From assembly GCA_965637545.1 (NCBI GenBank), contig OZ281499.1:558001-622000 (forward strand): a stretch of 64,000 bases of DNA, read 5' to 3'. The notes under the pieces are model-generated. The model saw only the letters and a program-made list of their open reading frames with translations, ran no database searches and had not been told where the DNA came from. Below, one piece after another: positions 23,601-36,538 of the stretch. Both the position numbers and the translations under genes were made by a program. Source of the stretch: Phallusia mammillata. Lineage: Eukaryota. Numbering within the stretch: position 1 is the stretch's first letter; each line of letters opens with the position of its first letter.

Positions 23601-26600
23601 AGTAGGGGGCGTTGTCACTAAGGAACAAACCACTTAAACCTATTGTTTGCACTGGAATAGTCACAACATTTAAAAGCTCTTGCTTGTCGAAAATTTTAGA
23701 CTACCATCCAAATACAAGTCACTTACATGTATCAACCACCATAAAAACAAAACAGAAGGTAGTTACTCAGTTATCTAGCCATAAAAAGATGAAAAAGTAC
23801 TACAGTGGTACCATGTTATTGGTTTGCTAAGAACAGTAGGCTTTGTTACTTCAACAAATAAAGGGGAAAAAATATTTTGTTTATTTACTGTTAAAAGATA
23901 GACCACCATGCTGATTTAATACACTACTCCAATTTTGTAAAATATTAGGTCAACCCAGCGTTAGGAACAAAAAAAATAGATAACATAAGTGCAAAGAGCA
24001 ACACTAATGGAGAAATTAATATAAATTAACTTTTATTTCACTTAAACTTAATTCAAATTTTTATATCTGATGTGCAATAAAAAAGTTTAACTATTACAAT
24101 TTCCAGAAGAGCTCTATAAACTTGAAGAAGTTTAATTATTACTTAAATAAAACTTTAAACTTTGGGTAAAAAAAGGGATCTAAGCTTGCTGGTCGTTCGT
24201 TTTTTATAAACAAAGTACTCTGTTACAACACACAGTCAGTGACAGGTTTAGGCCTACTGACCCTTAGGGTAGACAATTCTAAACACTTCGTATATCTAAG
24301 TCTTTGAAGAAACTACTAATTGCTGAACATATTAAACCTATATGACACCAAATACTAGAGTTAAGTTCCCAAGTCCATATTTTGACAGAGCATGTCGCAC
24401 AGCACATGGAGCGCTACTTGCAATTTGAGAACGCCTAATGTACTTTACTATGCGCTGATTTGAAGTCTAAAAAACGCTTGACTTATGCAGCATTTAGGCC
24501 ACGTTATTAACATGGGAGCGTATAGTTGCAAATACGTATACACGACAAGGTTAACGATGCTCTAAAATCTAAACCGTAATTATCTTTTAGTTTATCTATT
24601 TAGAAAGCAGGGGCGATCGCTTAAATTCCTAAAAAAACGTGATTAAAACCGTAATTATCTTTAGTTTATCCATTTTAGAAACGTCAAATGTAACCTGTGT
24701 TGCGCTGCCTTTAAATTGGTAGAGGCTGTGAAGTGACTCTATTCGCCCAGACAGCACAGCAGGGGTGATCGCTTAAATTCCTAGAATTGTTCTTAACGCG
24801 CCTTTCCTCGCGCTCAACAACTCCAAGGCACCAAGAGCCAAAATAACGAATTCTTTTATTAAGTCAATTGTGGCCAGTGGCGCTTGAGGGTTCAGCAGCA
24901 AGACGAGGACAGAGTCAAAAACGGTTTTGGCAAATATGCACTAATTTAGTTAAGGAAACAGACAAGAAATTATCAGTAAAGTTGACTCTTACCGAACTAT
25001 CATAGGACCGGAGTCACAGTAACATTCAAAGCGATCAGGAGATTTTAGGTTCTGCAAATACAGCATCAAATTCAATAAACATCACCAAACCACATTAGTA
25101 ACGAACTGCAAGACTTTAAGCAACAAAGCTTACCGGAAAAATACAGTTATTTACAGCAACAGCACGTTGGCTGACGACGGTGGAATCCATGGTCCAGAAA
25201 TGCACAAATTACACATTGGACGACCGGCAACAGTTCAGTTAGCACAAATTTCCTATTCGTTACCAATAAAACAGACATAACCAGTCAATTAAATAAAGCA
25301 TGCTGTCTCCATAACACCCAGTCGTTAATAAACACAAGGCAGCCACGCTCACAAGAAGTGACTTCAGTATAACAATGCCAAGGTTGTGACATCATAAGCA
25401 CCGATTATGTGATAGACATTGTGTCATACAGGAAAGTTAAGGCTACTGGCGCGAAACAAAGAAAACATAATATGCACGGTGACAATGTAACAACGTGACT
25501 AAATGCTGTTTTAGACGTTGCTTCTCGGTAACATGTAAAGGGACGATATAATAATAGCTTTAAGACAGTTTATGACCGATGCATGCGCTGATTGTTAAAA
25601 CTGGTTTTGTTCGATAAGAAACCGGTCAAGCTTTTGTATCGAAAAAAGGCAAGGTAATTTAAACGGAAAAATAAAAATACGTCACTATTATTGCATGCGA
25701 ATAAAATGTTCAAATTTAAAATCCAAAGTGCAATACACACGCTTCACCTACTACAAGCGTTTGGACGTTTTAATATTGTAAGAATCATAATGAAACACAT
25801 AATAAGTTTAAATCAGCTGTTTGATTGTTTTCGGACCTTTTTATTTTGTTATTGCTGACAAACATTAGCTTTTTTAAATAATTGAAAGCCCATGTTACCC
25901 CAAGGAATATGACAAACAACTCCTTCGGGGCTCTCTACCAACGGGTTAAATACCACTGGTTTAGTGCGGAGTTGTAAGCGAGCCTGAAATTTGAACCCGA
26001 ACCCCAATCGTAGAAGCTTGTTTTGGCCCCAAAGTTTAATCGAAAGGCCAATAATAATGAAGACATGGACAATAATAGATGATAGCCTAAACAAGGTATT
26101 TTAGGGCTGTCATCATAAGACGTAGGCGAGAACAATAGAAAAAGAAGGTGTTGCCGACAAATTTGAAGGCCCAAACAGAAAAAGAATTTAAAATAAAACA
26201 TAAAAATTGTTCTCATATAATTTACTCCCATATGTTGTCTTGCGATCATGATGAAGGTCTTCTCGCAACACAACAATCAATCTAAAGACATTTTTTATCT
26301 GACTATGCCACCGCGTCAGCCGTTATACAAGTCGGAATCACTTTGAATAATTCTAGTTGTGATTATAATGCGAAGTGAAACATCTCAAACCGTGATGCTG
26401 TTGCTGTTTACTTGACAAACCCAGTTACAAAGCTTTTGCTGTTTGAGTACTAAAACATTTTTGACTTTGTGGACCAATTTTGCCATTAGGGCAGGAGTAA
26501 CCAAACTACACGGCCCGCAATAATATTTAGTCTTAATACAAATCATTAAACATAACGCTTGAGTAAACCGTTGAAAGTTAATTTACTGCGAAACAACATG

Positions 26601-29342
26601 TAGGATTAAGTTACCCTAGTTTTGCGGGACGAATAAAAAATAGTCCAACTGCAGTTTGCAAATCGTGTGATGGAATAAATAAGTATTGTCAGTGAAGAAC
26701 TCTTTAATATTTCACACATTTGTAGCCTACTACCGGCATTTCACATTAGCACTATTCCACTGTAAATAAGTACTATTGCTGGTCCCGCAAATGCGCTTAG
26801 CGGACCAATGTTATAGAAAGCCGCTGTGTTATTATGCCTTGTCAGCTGTGGCCCTCGCTTGTCATTTTTCAGTTATTTGGCCGCTGTGAAAAAAGTTTAG
26901 TGACCCCTGCCACAGGGCGTCGCAAATTACATCTACCCTTTACTATTAATAAGATCGATGTTAACATTTGCAATGGTACATAGGATTGAATATATAGTGC
27001 GTAAATCCAGGATAGCTACTAACACAGGAACTCACATTAGCTAATTTCCGGTAGGTAGCGCAACAGAGAATTAGCGTTTGCATTAGCTATTGCACTGAGT
27101 CAGCTATTGCGCAATATGGCTATCGCAAACGCCAATGCTCGGAAACTAGCACGTCTGTAATGTGAGTTCCTGTGTTAGTAGCTCTACCCAAAAATCCAGT
27201 CTAGGGTTGGGATTTCGGGAACGGGATTTCCCGGGATTTTCACTTCCTAATCCAGGGATTTTTCGAAATACCAAGCTAAAAAGTACATTTAAAGCTGTTT
27301 TAACTAATTGACACGGTATCTTTTTAGTTGTTCTTTCCAAACTGAAACGAGCATTTTCGTGTGGTTGTGCGAATGAGCGATTTAGTGCAATATGTAAGTA
27401 GACACCAAGCCAACTAGCGTCGTATTTTATTATCTTTTTAGTTTACCGCGCTACTTAAAGTTGAGTTATGTTGTCACCATTAATTGTCTATTTATAGACG
27501 CAACGCGAAACATTTACGTGGTCGTAATGCTAACAAATCTTCAAGCCTCGGTATAATACATGTGGCCAGCACACAATAGTAGTAACATGATGTGTTATTT
27601 AAATCAATAATACTATGTCTGTGAATGTTATTCCATTCAAAGACCTTTTTTACCAATTTAGAACACATGCACCTTGATTTAGTGATATTACCTGGAAATG
27701 CAAGTCCATGCAGTGATTTCACTATAATAAACCCCTGACAGGGATTTAGAAAAAAGTGAAAAATACCGGGATTTGCCGGGATACCAACCCTTCTATTTTG
27801 ATATGAGGTTATCTGAGTTTTCCAATTTGCACACCACTGAATGTGTAGCGCAGTGACAACGCGTTAGAACGTTTGATGGTTCGCAGCATTGGCATTTATG
27901 ACCCACTAAAACAAATTGTTGGCAGAACTACCCAAGACGATTTTTCAATGTGTTTAATGGCAAAAGTTTCGCAATAAAGTTGTGAACAGAAAAATAAAAC
28001 ACTTGCGTTTCAAATGTGAGACATCGCAAAAAAAAACATTTTATTTCATCGATTTTATAAATTAATAATTGAATGTTTTCAAATTTGCAAACAAAACAAA
28101 ACTTTCCACGCAACACCCGAGACGACGAAATTCGAATTCCTCTTACGTTTTAGTTACTTTCGTCATATTATTAGATCGGGTTCGCGTAAACAGACTGGGT
28201 TTTGGCACAAACAATTTTCAGCGGAAACAGCGTCAGGCAAGTCAGGCTTTTACTCATAATTAATCATTCAGGAAGCGCTACGTTCAATATACGATGTGAT
28301 TATACACCGACCTTTTCTTAGTTAGAAACCACAATTGGTTAAACGTTTGCACACAAAGGCAAAGGCATAGTGAGAATCAAATCAGTAGTTGTTTTGGTTA
28401 TGTGAAGCGCAGATTAATAAACTTTGCCCTGCTACAAATCGGTCTCGGCCAGACAATGTAATGAAACATTCATTTAATGTAAAAGGTACTTTTATTCTTC
28501 AAAAATGAAACTTGTTTAACACATTGGCCACCATCACCGCAAGGCCTGTGATTTTAAACCTTAGGTGCAATTTTTCGTTTTTCTAGTTCAATAATTTACG
28601 CCAAATACCTGAAATTTCCTCCGTCTAAAGTTACCACAACCCAACCAATCAGGCAATCATGTCCGATCACGTGACTTTATTGGAGAAACGCGCATGGTTC
28701 GGTGTTTGGACAGTTGCTTAAAATGTAAAAAGTTTGTTCTGTGTATTATGACACGCATTCAGCGGGTTTTCTTAACAGCTTCGTACAATCAAATGGGGTG
28801 TATAACATGCACGAGTTTGCAGGACAAAAGCAGCCACGCTGCGCAGTATTGAATGAACAACACCTAAACAAATATTTTTGGTTAACGCTAAATATACATT
28901 TAGTCATTTACTTTATAAAACAAACGGTCAGAACGTGCACAGTGTAACGCAAATAGTGTGAGTGGATTTAGAAAACAAGCCCCATGACACCAGCGTGAAG
29001 ATAGAAGGCAGTGTTACGTAGAACCTGTCGTTTCCGTTTTATGACTAAAAATATTCTAAGAAAGTGGCTTTCCTTACAGTAACAGGGGGTACGTAGTATA
29101 TGTAGATTGAAGGGTGGACTTAATGCTAAATAGAATTCTGCGAGGTATTTTTCAGAACATAACAGCTAAACACTGTTGGGGTGTAAAACTATCTGTTGTG
29201 CAAAAAAAGTTCGTGTTGCTTTGGCAGCCTTGACAGAACATAGACTGAATGCGTCATCACTTGAATGTTTGCCTCTTGGCTTAATTTTTGCAACAAAATT
29301 AAACTAAGATCTTATGTTAACAGCAAAACGAAAAACTTAGAC

Positions 29343-29436
29343 ATGTTGTGGTTATTGTTTTCATTGTTGGTCGTCGGATGCGCGGAAGGTGAATGTCCGG
29401 GCGAGGATCTAAGTCTTGCACCGCGACCTTATACAA
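29343..29436 (+). CDS. LDLa-repeat GPCR gene 2, exon 1 (signal peptide)
   Basis: MLWLLFSLLVVGCAEGECPGEDLSLAPRPYT, then a phase-1 GTAAGT donor at 29437. In frame with the acceptor at 36538. Confidence 0.88.
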
Positions 29437-30840
29437 GTAAGTTTGTCTATTAGTTACGAAGTGTACACGCTATGACATTTCTTATTTATTACGTTTTAAC
29501 AATCGAATGGCCACCAGTTAAAATGCATTAAAATAAAGAGTAAAAACGAACACAAACAAGCAGCACAGATATAACGGTCAACAACATGCCTCGTGGGGGA
29601 ACGTCTCTTCCACAATTTCGCTTTTCCCTTTCATACAGTGACGTAACATAGAATGGCAATTATGACGTCAGAGAACGGTACCAAAATAAAATCGGTATAG
29701 TTCACCTCATAATGAAAGTAGCATGTGTAGCAATGTGTATAGTTCAATTGAATTAGCAAACGCAAAATGTACAAGAAATGCGGCTACAAGACACGTTTCT
29801 ACGATTACGTAAATGCTAGGGCGGGTAGTTTTGGAAAACACAATCAAAGGCCGCTAGACTTTAAAGGAAATACAAAATTGCCTTGACGTGTCAGATGTGT
29901 CGCTAAAATGAAAATACACATTGCTACACACGAAAGAATGGAAGTAAAACTAGAAGGGTGGCTTAGCATTTTGTTGTTGCATTTACACTATAACCTATTT
30001 TAAAACATTAATATACTTCCTATGCTTATTTTGTATTGGGTCCCATATTAGCCATCGTCTTTTATAACCTCAGTCGTTTCTGCAAGCAGAAACTCATGGG
30101 TCCCCACGCATGAAAGTTGAAAATAATGCAATTCAAGAGATAACCATGAGAAAGTCGGGTGTTGTTGGGTTCGACACACAAACTAAAAAATATATATACA
30201 AACCACAATGACTCAATCACTACTACTACAAAATTTCAGCCCAATCCACCAATGTTTTTTTTTGTTTTTTTTTAATCCGCCAATGTTTAAAATTTCGACC
30301 ACTAGAGGCCTCAATGTGTAACATACAATTGGTGGCCCTTGTAATACCATTGCGCCACAGAAATCTTTCGTTTGTGGTGCCCAGTAACATACAAATGCGT
30401 TTTACACTTTGGGGGCTTGTGGGGTAAATGTTAGGACTATAGGGTTGAACACAACAATCGACACCTATAAATGGCATACTACACAAGCTATCCAAATTTC
30501 AGCCAATTCTGACACTGTTTACAAACTCACCCCTTTCAGGGGGCTAGCGGGGTAAATACTGGGGTTATCAACAAAAACAAAGTGGGATGCACATCTACAT
30601 AACTATATCTACCATCTGTGTAAATTTCAGCCCAATCCATTAAACATTTGATGGAAAAACGATTCGGACAAACTTCGGGAAGAAAAAAAAAGGAAGGGGA
30701 CCCATAAAAATACTACATTTAAACCGCAACCCGTCATCAGCACAACACACACACACATACGCACAGCTTGGTAATATTTTTATTTAGGTTACAAAAGCGC
30801 GTTAGTACACATTATAAGTGTTAGCAAATTTAAGCCCCAC

Positions 30841-31054
30841 TGTAACGTTCCACACTTTTAGTAGGTCACCAAATCAGTTTTATTATCACCTTAGTTTGCC
30901 TGTACGATCTTATTCAAATAGAATCCAACGATTAAACACGATAATTAGAGATACAAAACACACACAGCAATATAGCCACACCACGAGACAAACGGGCGAC
31001 AACCTCACGTAATCTCGATACCAAAACTTAAACAGAGAAATCATAATCGTTACA
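30841..31054 (-). repeat. 3' LTR of the Gypsy element
   Basis: 7 mismatches out of 214 against the 5' LTR. Preceded on the minus strand by PPT AGGGGGGAG (31058-31066). Confidence 0.95.
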
Positions 31055-31069
31055 GAGCTCCCCCCTAAA

Positions 31070-34000
31070 TAGGTTTGCGACCCGCAAACTACAAAACAGG
31101 CTCGGCAATAACACATACACAAACGAACGACAAGAACGAAAAAGACGCAATAGCAAGACATTTGCACTCCCGTTAACCATAATCCCAATCGCCGAGGGCG
31201 GACACAACGACCACGCCGTGTATACTGCTCAGGCTGCCCAACAGACTGTGGAGCACCCACGATATCATCCATTTCGGGTTCATCCTCTGCCAGCGCCATA
31301 TCCTTCTGTGGCAACTCGTTACTTTCAGTTCCTGTTTCCTGATGGTCCCGCACATGGAATGGTTTTAACTTATCAAAGCTGACAAGCAGCCGACGGCGAC
31401 CCCAACAATGTGACTGAATCCGATACGTTGAGTCACTCAACACTTTAATGACTTTGAAAGGTCCAACCCAGGGTTTCCAAAACTTCTTACAAGTTCCCTT
31501 CGGCATCACCGGTTCGTGAAAATAGACGAGGTCGCCCACACGGAAAGGAGAACCATGAATTCGCTTATCGTACAATGCTTTTTGGCGTTTTTGCTGTGTC
31601 CAACCATGGTCACGCGCGATTTTAAATGCAGTGCGGAGATCTACTTGAATCTTCTCAGCGTAAGTTCCAGGTGTCACATCTTCTGGCGGATCATTTTGTT
31701 GAAGGTCAAGAGAAATTTCCATTTCACGACCATGCTGCATGAAGAATGAAGTGTAACCGGTCGTCTCGCTAACGCTACTGTTGTACGCCGCCATCACCAT
31801 CGGTAATCGCGTATCCCAATCTGTTCCATCAGCAGCGACTCCCGCACAAAGCATTTGTCCGATAGTTTTGTTCAGAAAGGAAATTCGTTCCGCGATCATT
31901 GTGAATCCTTTCTGGGATGCCCTGTTCACAGATCCACTTGAAAACAAGCTCATTTGCCACGGTTTCGGCACATTGATCTTTAATTGCACAGGCCTTTCCA
32001 TACTTAGTGAAGTAGTCCACCATAACCAGAATATATTTGTTGCCCAATTCAGATTCAGGCAGCGGTCCAACAATATCAATCCCGATCCGAGCATTTGGAT
32101 ATCCTACTCTGCTGGGAACCATGGGTGTACGACGTGCTTTCTGGGGCGATTTTCTGGATTGACAAACCGTACACGACCGACAAAAGGCGACGACCGCATC
32201 ATTAAGCCCCGGCCAATAATATCCTTGTCTAATTGGAGCCAATGTCCTGTTGACACCCATGTGTCCTGCCAATGGCTTGTTGTGAAACTCTTCCAGAATA
32301 ATTTTTCTTAATGCACATGGGACAATAGTTTGCAAACCCCTGTGAGGCTTTCCTGCTGCGTTTTCCGCACGTCGACACGCAACACCATCCTCCCTCAAAA
32401 CTAACATGTCCCACATGTTCCAATATGTACGGAGCTCCCTCGGTAGCCCGTCCAATTCGTTTGACGAAGGTCGCTCACCGCATTCCAACCACTGGATGAC
32501 GTGACTAATTACATCATCTTTCTTTTGGCAATCCAGAAAGTGTGAAGCACCTAGCTCTGCTCGAGTGCTAATTTCTTGGGTTAGCCGACATACTGGTTCT
32601 GACGCTGGAATGCGGGAAAGAGCATCGGCATTCTGATGTTTTCTGCCGGCTCGGTGAATAATCTCCAAATCATAAGCACGGTCTTCCAAGTAGGTAGGTG
32701 CGGTAATACTTCAAGAAAAACACCACCGCAAGTAACTCTTTGTGTGTAGTTGAGTAGCGACCTTCCGCCTTGCTTAATGTCCTGCTACCGTACGATAAGA
32801 CGTATTCGACCCCATCATGCACCTGGGAGAGGACAGCACCGATAGCCTTGTCGCTAGCGTCACAATCCAACACAAACTTTCCTTCATCCCTCGGAAACGC
32901 CAATATGGGAGCGGAAGTCAAACGGCATTTTAAGATATCGAAGCTTTCCTGGTGGGCCGAGCTCCATTTGAAACTGTTTTCACCGCCTGTTGCTACCAGT
33001 TTGTGCAGTGGGCATGCAATTCGGGCGAAATCCTTAATGAAACGTCGATAGTAGGACGCCAAACCCAAAAAGCTTCGCAGCTCAGTGACAGAACTCGGGA
33101 CGGCCCATTGTGTCACAGTCCATACCTTCCCCGGGTCAGGGCCCACCCCTTTATTACTCACAATGTACCCCAAAAAAGGAACTTCGTCACGGTTGCAGTT
33201 GACACACGGGTTTTAATTTCAACCCAGCACGCTTAAGGCGATTTAAAACTTTCCCCAAATTCTTAATATTGTCAGTCTCATTAGATGCGTAACACGAAAC
33301 ATCGTCAATATAGAACAAACAAATATCACCCAAACCCCTTAGCACAACAGCCATCAAACGCTGAAACGTGGCACAAGCATTAGTTAAACCAAATGGCAAG
33401 CGATTAAACTCATACAAACCGCTGTGTGTCGCAAATGCCGTTTTGTGTTATATCCCGACGTTTTGTGTTATGCCGTTTTGTGTTATATCCCGACGTCAAA
33501 TCCAGTGTTGAGAAAAATTTCGCACCTCCAAGGACATCTAATGTATCGTCGATACGAGGGAGGGGAAAGGAATCTTTTACCGTCGCACTATTGAGACGCC
33601 GATAGTCAACGCAAAACCGATAGGAACCATCAGGCTTCTGGACTAAAACAATTGGAGAACTCCAATCAGAAGAACTCGGCGAAATCACGTCGTATCGGAG
33701 CATCTTCTCCACCATTTTGTCAATCCTCTTCCGGTGCACGATCGGTGCCCTCCGGGGATGCTGTTTGATTGGTGGCCCAGTAGTTTCAATTCGGTGTTCA
33801 GCCAACTCGGTAAAACCCAGGTCGTCAGAATGCTGAGAAAACACTTCCCGGTGGTCCCACAGCAACTGGGCAAGGGTTTCCGGCTCAGCCAGCCTTAAGG
33901 AATCTCTTCGTACTTTAGCGCAGCTAAGAACCCTCGAAATTCATCGTCGCTCCAGTCGATGGGCGTGCCCTGTTCCCTTGAATCTTCTTTCCTCGACACA

Positions 34001-34798
34001 TCACGCACAGCCACGGATTCCTCAGGCATAACAGCCAGTTGGCCGAACCCAGCCACAGGATGAATCACACCAACGTTTGTACCTTTGTGTAGACAAACCG
34101 GTTCCTCAGACGTATTTAACGCACGCACAAGTAATTGACCATCGTCTGACTGTAAAAGGGACCTCGCACCTCGCACCTTCGAGTCTGGATTCGACTCGAA
34201 CATCCCGATGAGAGGGGATCTGTTTAACTTGCGGTTTCCAATATCTGCAGCGACAAAACTTTTACATCCAGCAGCTATTACTTGATCACAACTTGCATAA
34301 ACACGATAACAGAAGGACACACCTTGGCGAGACGTGAACGGCACAAATGCTCCACCAGCATGCAACACTCTCTGGGAGTACAGAACGTCACACTGGTGAG
34401 CCAACAGAAAGTCATGGCCAAGCAAGCAAGCGTTACCAGTCAGACTCCTGTTAACGAAGAAGTTACACAACACATCTAAACCACCGATCTTAACACGTAG
34501 TTCCGCCACACCATCAGCAGGAAGCAAGGTCGATCCATCCGCTTGGTACAAAACAGAGGTCGGTGCGGCCAAGGTGATCACTCGAGACCCTCTTACTCTT
34601 TCTAGAACGTCATAACTCATCAAACATACAGGTGACCCTGTATCCACTGTGAAAGTGATCCCTTGTTCTTGTACGCTTCCGAACACATACACTAACAGAA
34701 TCTGCGTCGTCAGGTTGACTCAGAGTAGCTAACGGAACTACATTGGTTGGGGTTGGGCCAGACTCCTCTCGCAATCTTCCAACCCATTTCCGTTTAAA
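31070..34798 (-). pseudogene. pol: Gypsy pol (protease, RT, RNase H, integrase), multiply frameshifted
   Basis: PR VDTGS (33895-34692); RT YRFCVDYRRLN and FYIDD (33187-33865); RH LDCDASD (32670-33173); IN GHMG, IGIDIVGPL and the GPF motif (30910-32689). Confidence 0.92.
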
Positions 34799-36203
34799 GC
34801 AGGGGTCACCAAACTTTTTTTACTGCGGGCCGGATAAGTTTAATAAAAATTTGCGCGGGCCGGACAGTTTACATGCCCCAGCGCCGTCTTCCCGAACTTA
34901 GCCCGCAAGGCAGTTTTGATAAGGGATCAAGATATGGTCTTTCTATACTCCCATTAAAAATCTGGTGGTGCGACTATTAAATTGTATAGTTAGTCTCATC
35001 TTACAAGCAATGTTTGTATATTACGTCATAAGTGACCTAAGAAAGCAATTGTTTGCGCACAATTGACACTTGTAGTCTTGTTTGTGACGTAACAAACTGG
35101 CTTTGGGTCAATCCTGGGCGTTGTAATCCCACAAAACAAGGTAATATTAATTCTACATATCGCGACAGGAAAACTTTCGTAAGAAGTAGATTATTTTTTA
35201 AAAGTTACAAAGTTATCAATGCGATTTGACAACCTAAAAAATGTGGTCGTGGGCCGGATGAAATGACCTCGCGGGCTGGATCTGGCCTGCGGGCCGTAGG
35301 TTGGTGACCCCTGGTTTAAAGGACAATTGCGCCGTATGTGGCCAGATTTGCCACATCCATAGCACGTGATATTGCTTGGGCGGTTGTATGAAACTCTTCT
35401 GGGAGGCGGAACTTTGGAGATACGTTGTAGCTTTTCCACAATCTCCTTCCTTGTCTCCTGCGTCTGGGTGTGCACCGCTAAGTTTTTCCAACCGATCGCC
35501 TATGGAAGGTTTGTTTTCCTGATTTACTCCATGTACCCTCTCCCCACTCCACTTTGAAGCAATTCCCAGCAGTTCAGAACCACGGCGATGTTTGTTGGCA
35601 GCCTCTATCAGTTCTTCCGGCGTCAGATTTTGGCCCACATTGAAAATGTAAAAAGCAAGATTCCTGTCCTGTAGACCACGGAAGAAAGCGCTGCATACAG
35701 TACGGTCACGTATTTGCATTACACTTTCCACAGTACTATCACCGTAGGCTAGACGAGCTATCTCACCCAATTCCCCCATGTAAGTTTCAATCGATTCACC
35801 CACTTTGTGCTTTCTCTCCATAAGCTTACACATGGCAGTGCTGCTATCAATTTCAGGTGCAAAATCTTGTTCTCAGGCGATTGCAAAAATACTTAAAATC
35901 TTGTTTTTGTTCTGCAGTGAGGTTTATTTTCTTTATAGCCAAACCAATTTCGGGCGCACAAAAAGTTGTTAAAGACATTGAACGCTGTTGCATGGGGATT
36001 TTAAGTAGGTCAGCAAAATTTTCAAAACTCACTAACCACGCTGCAAAATCATGTTTCCCATCAAATTGAACCGGTGTATTTTTCCATTTCGAAGAACAAG
36101 CTTTTGCCTCTTTTACCTTCTCATCACGACGTTCTGGGGTATCAAGGGGAGTTTTATTCGAAATTGAAGTAGATGGAAATGGTTCTCCTCCAGCTAAATC
36201 CAT
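34738..36203 (-). pseudogene. gag: Gypsy gag, frameshifted and interrupted by a MITE
   Basis: Fragments 35853-36203, 35234-35833 and 35191-35475, the last with the CCHC knuckle CYGCGKSGHIRRNC. Removing the MITE continues NCPLNGNGLEDCERSLAQPQPM to TAG at 34738-34740. Confidence 0.85.
34800..35313. mobile_element. hAT MITE inserted at the gag-pol junction
   Basis: TIR CAGGGGTCACCAA / TTGGTGACCCCTG; perfect TSD GTTTAAAG (34792-34799, 35314-35321). Confidence 0.93.
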
Positions 36204-36249
36204 TTTGTTTTCGTTTCTTTTGATGAATCAAGATAATCTTCTGAAATGG

Positions 36250-36264
36250 CCACCGCTGCCACCA
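36250..36264 (-). other. Primer binding site, tRNA-Leu type
   Basis: Minus strand TGGTGGCAGCGGTGG is complementary to ...CCACCGCUGCCACCA, the 3' end of metazoan tRNA-Leu(AAG/UAG) as I recall it. Confidence 0.8.
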
Positions 36265-36265
36265 C

Positions 36266-36479
36266 TGTAACGTTCCACACTTTTTGTGGGTCACAAAATC
36301 AGTTTTGTTATTACCTTAGTTTGCCCGTACGATCTTATTCAAATAGAATCCAACGATTAAACACGATAATTACAGATACAAAACACACACAGCAATATAG
36401 CCACACCACGAGACAAACGGGCGACAACCTCACGTAATCTCGATACCAAAACTTAAACAGAGAAATCATAATCGTTACA
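36266..36479 (-). repeat. 5' LTR of the Gypsy element
   Basis: Followed on the minus strand, after one nt, by the PBS. Confidence 0.95.
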
Positions 36480-36538
36480 CCCACTAAGTTCCTTTGAAAT
36501 ATTTAAGTTGCTTATATTATTTGTAACTTTACCCACAG

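Larger units (their letters stand above)
12190..28540. repeat. Three-unit non-coding tandem array: U0 ~12190-18360 (diverged, ~6.17 kb), U1 18361-23455, U2 23456-~28540
   Basis: Identical short ORFs at 17301/22396/27492, 18517/23612 and 20754/25849 give periods of 5095 and 5096. Anchor TAAACACTGACCTGATTCAAG at 12192, 18361, 23456. 17162-28488 is near-identical at the 5.1-kb offset. Confidence 0.95.
30841..36479 (-). mobile_element. Full-length decayed Ty3/Gypsy LTR retrotransposon, antisense in intron 1 of GPCR gene 2
   Basis: 214-bp LTRs 30841-31054 and 36266-36479 (TGTAAC...GTTACA); 5-bp TSD CCCAC (30836-30840, 36480-36484); PBS and PPT present; domain order gag-PR-RT-RH-IN. Confidence 0.97.

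Noticed and set aside
17301-28263. Recurrent 62-113 aa ORFs in the 5.1-kb units as a gene family
   Set aside because: They recur only because the DNA is duplicated; no domains or splice structure, and several are broken in the diverged unit U0.
30910-31200. env-like third ORF or chromodomain at the 3' end of the Gypsy element
   Set aside because: The hydrophobic tail is frameshifted read-through across the PPT and into the LTR; no chromodomain signature.
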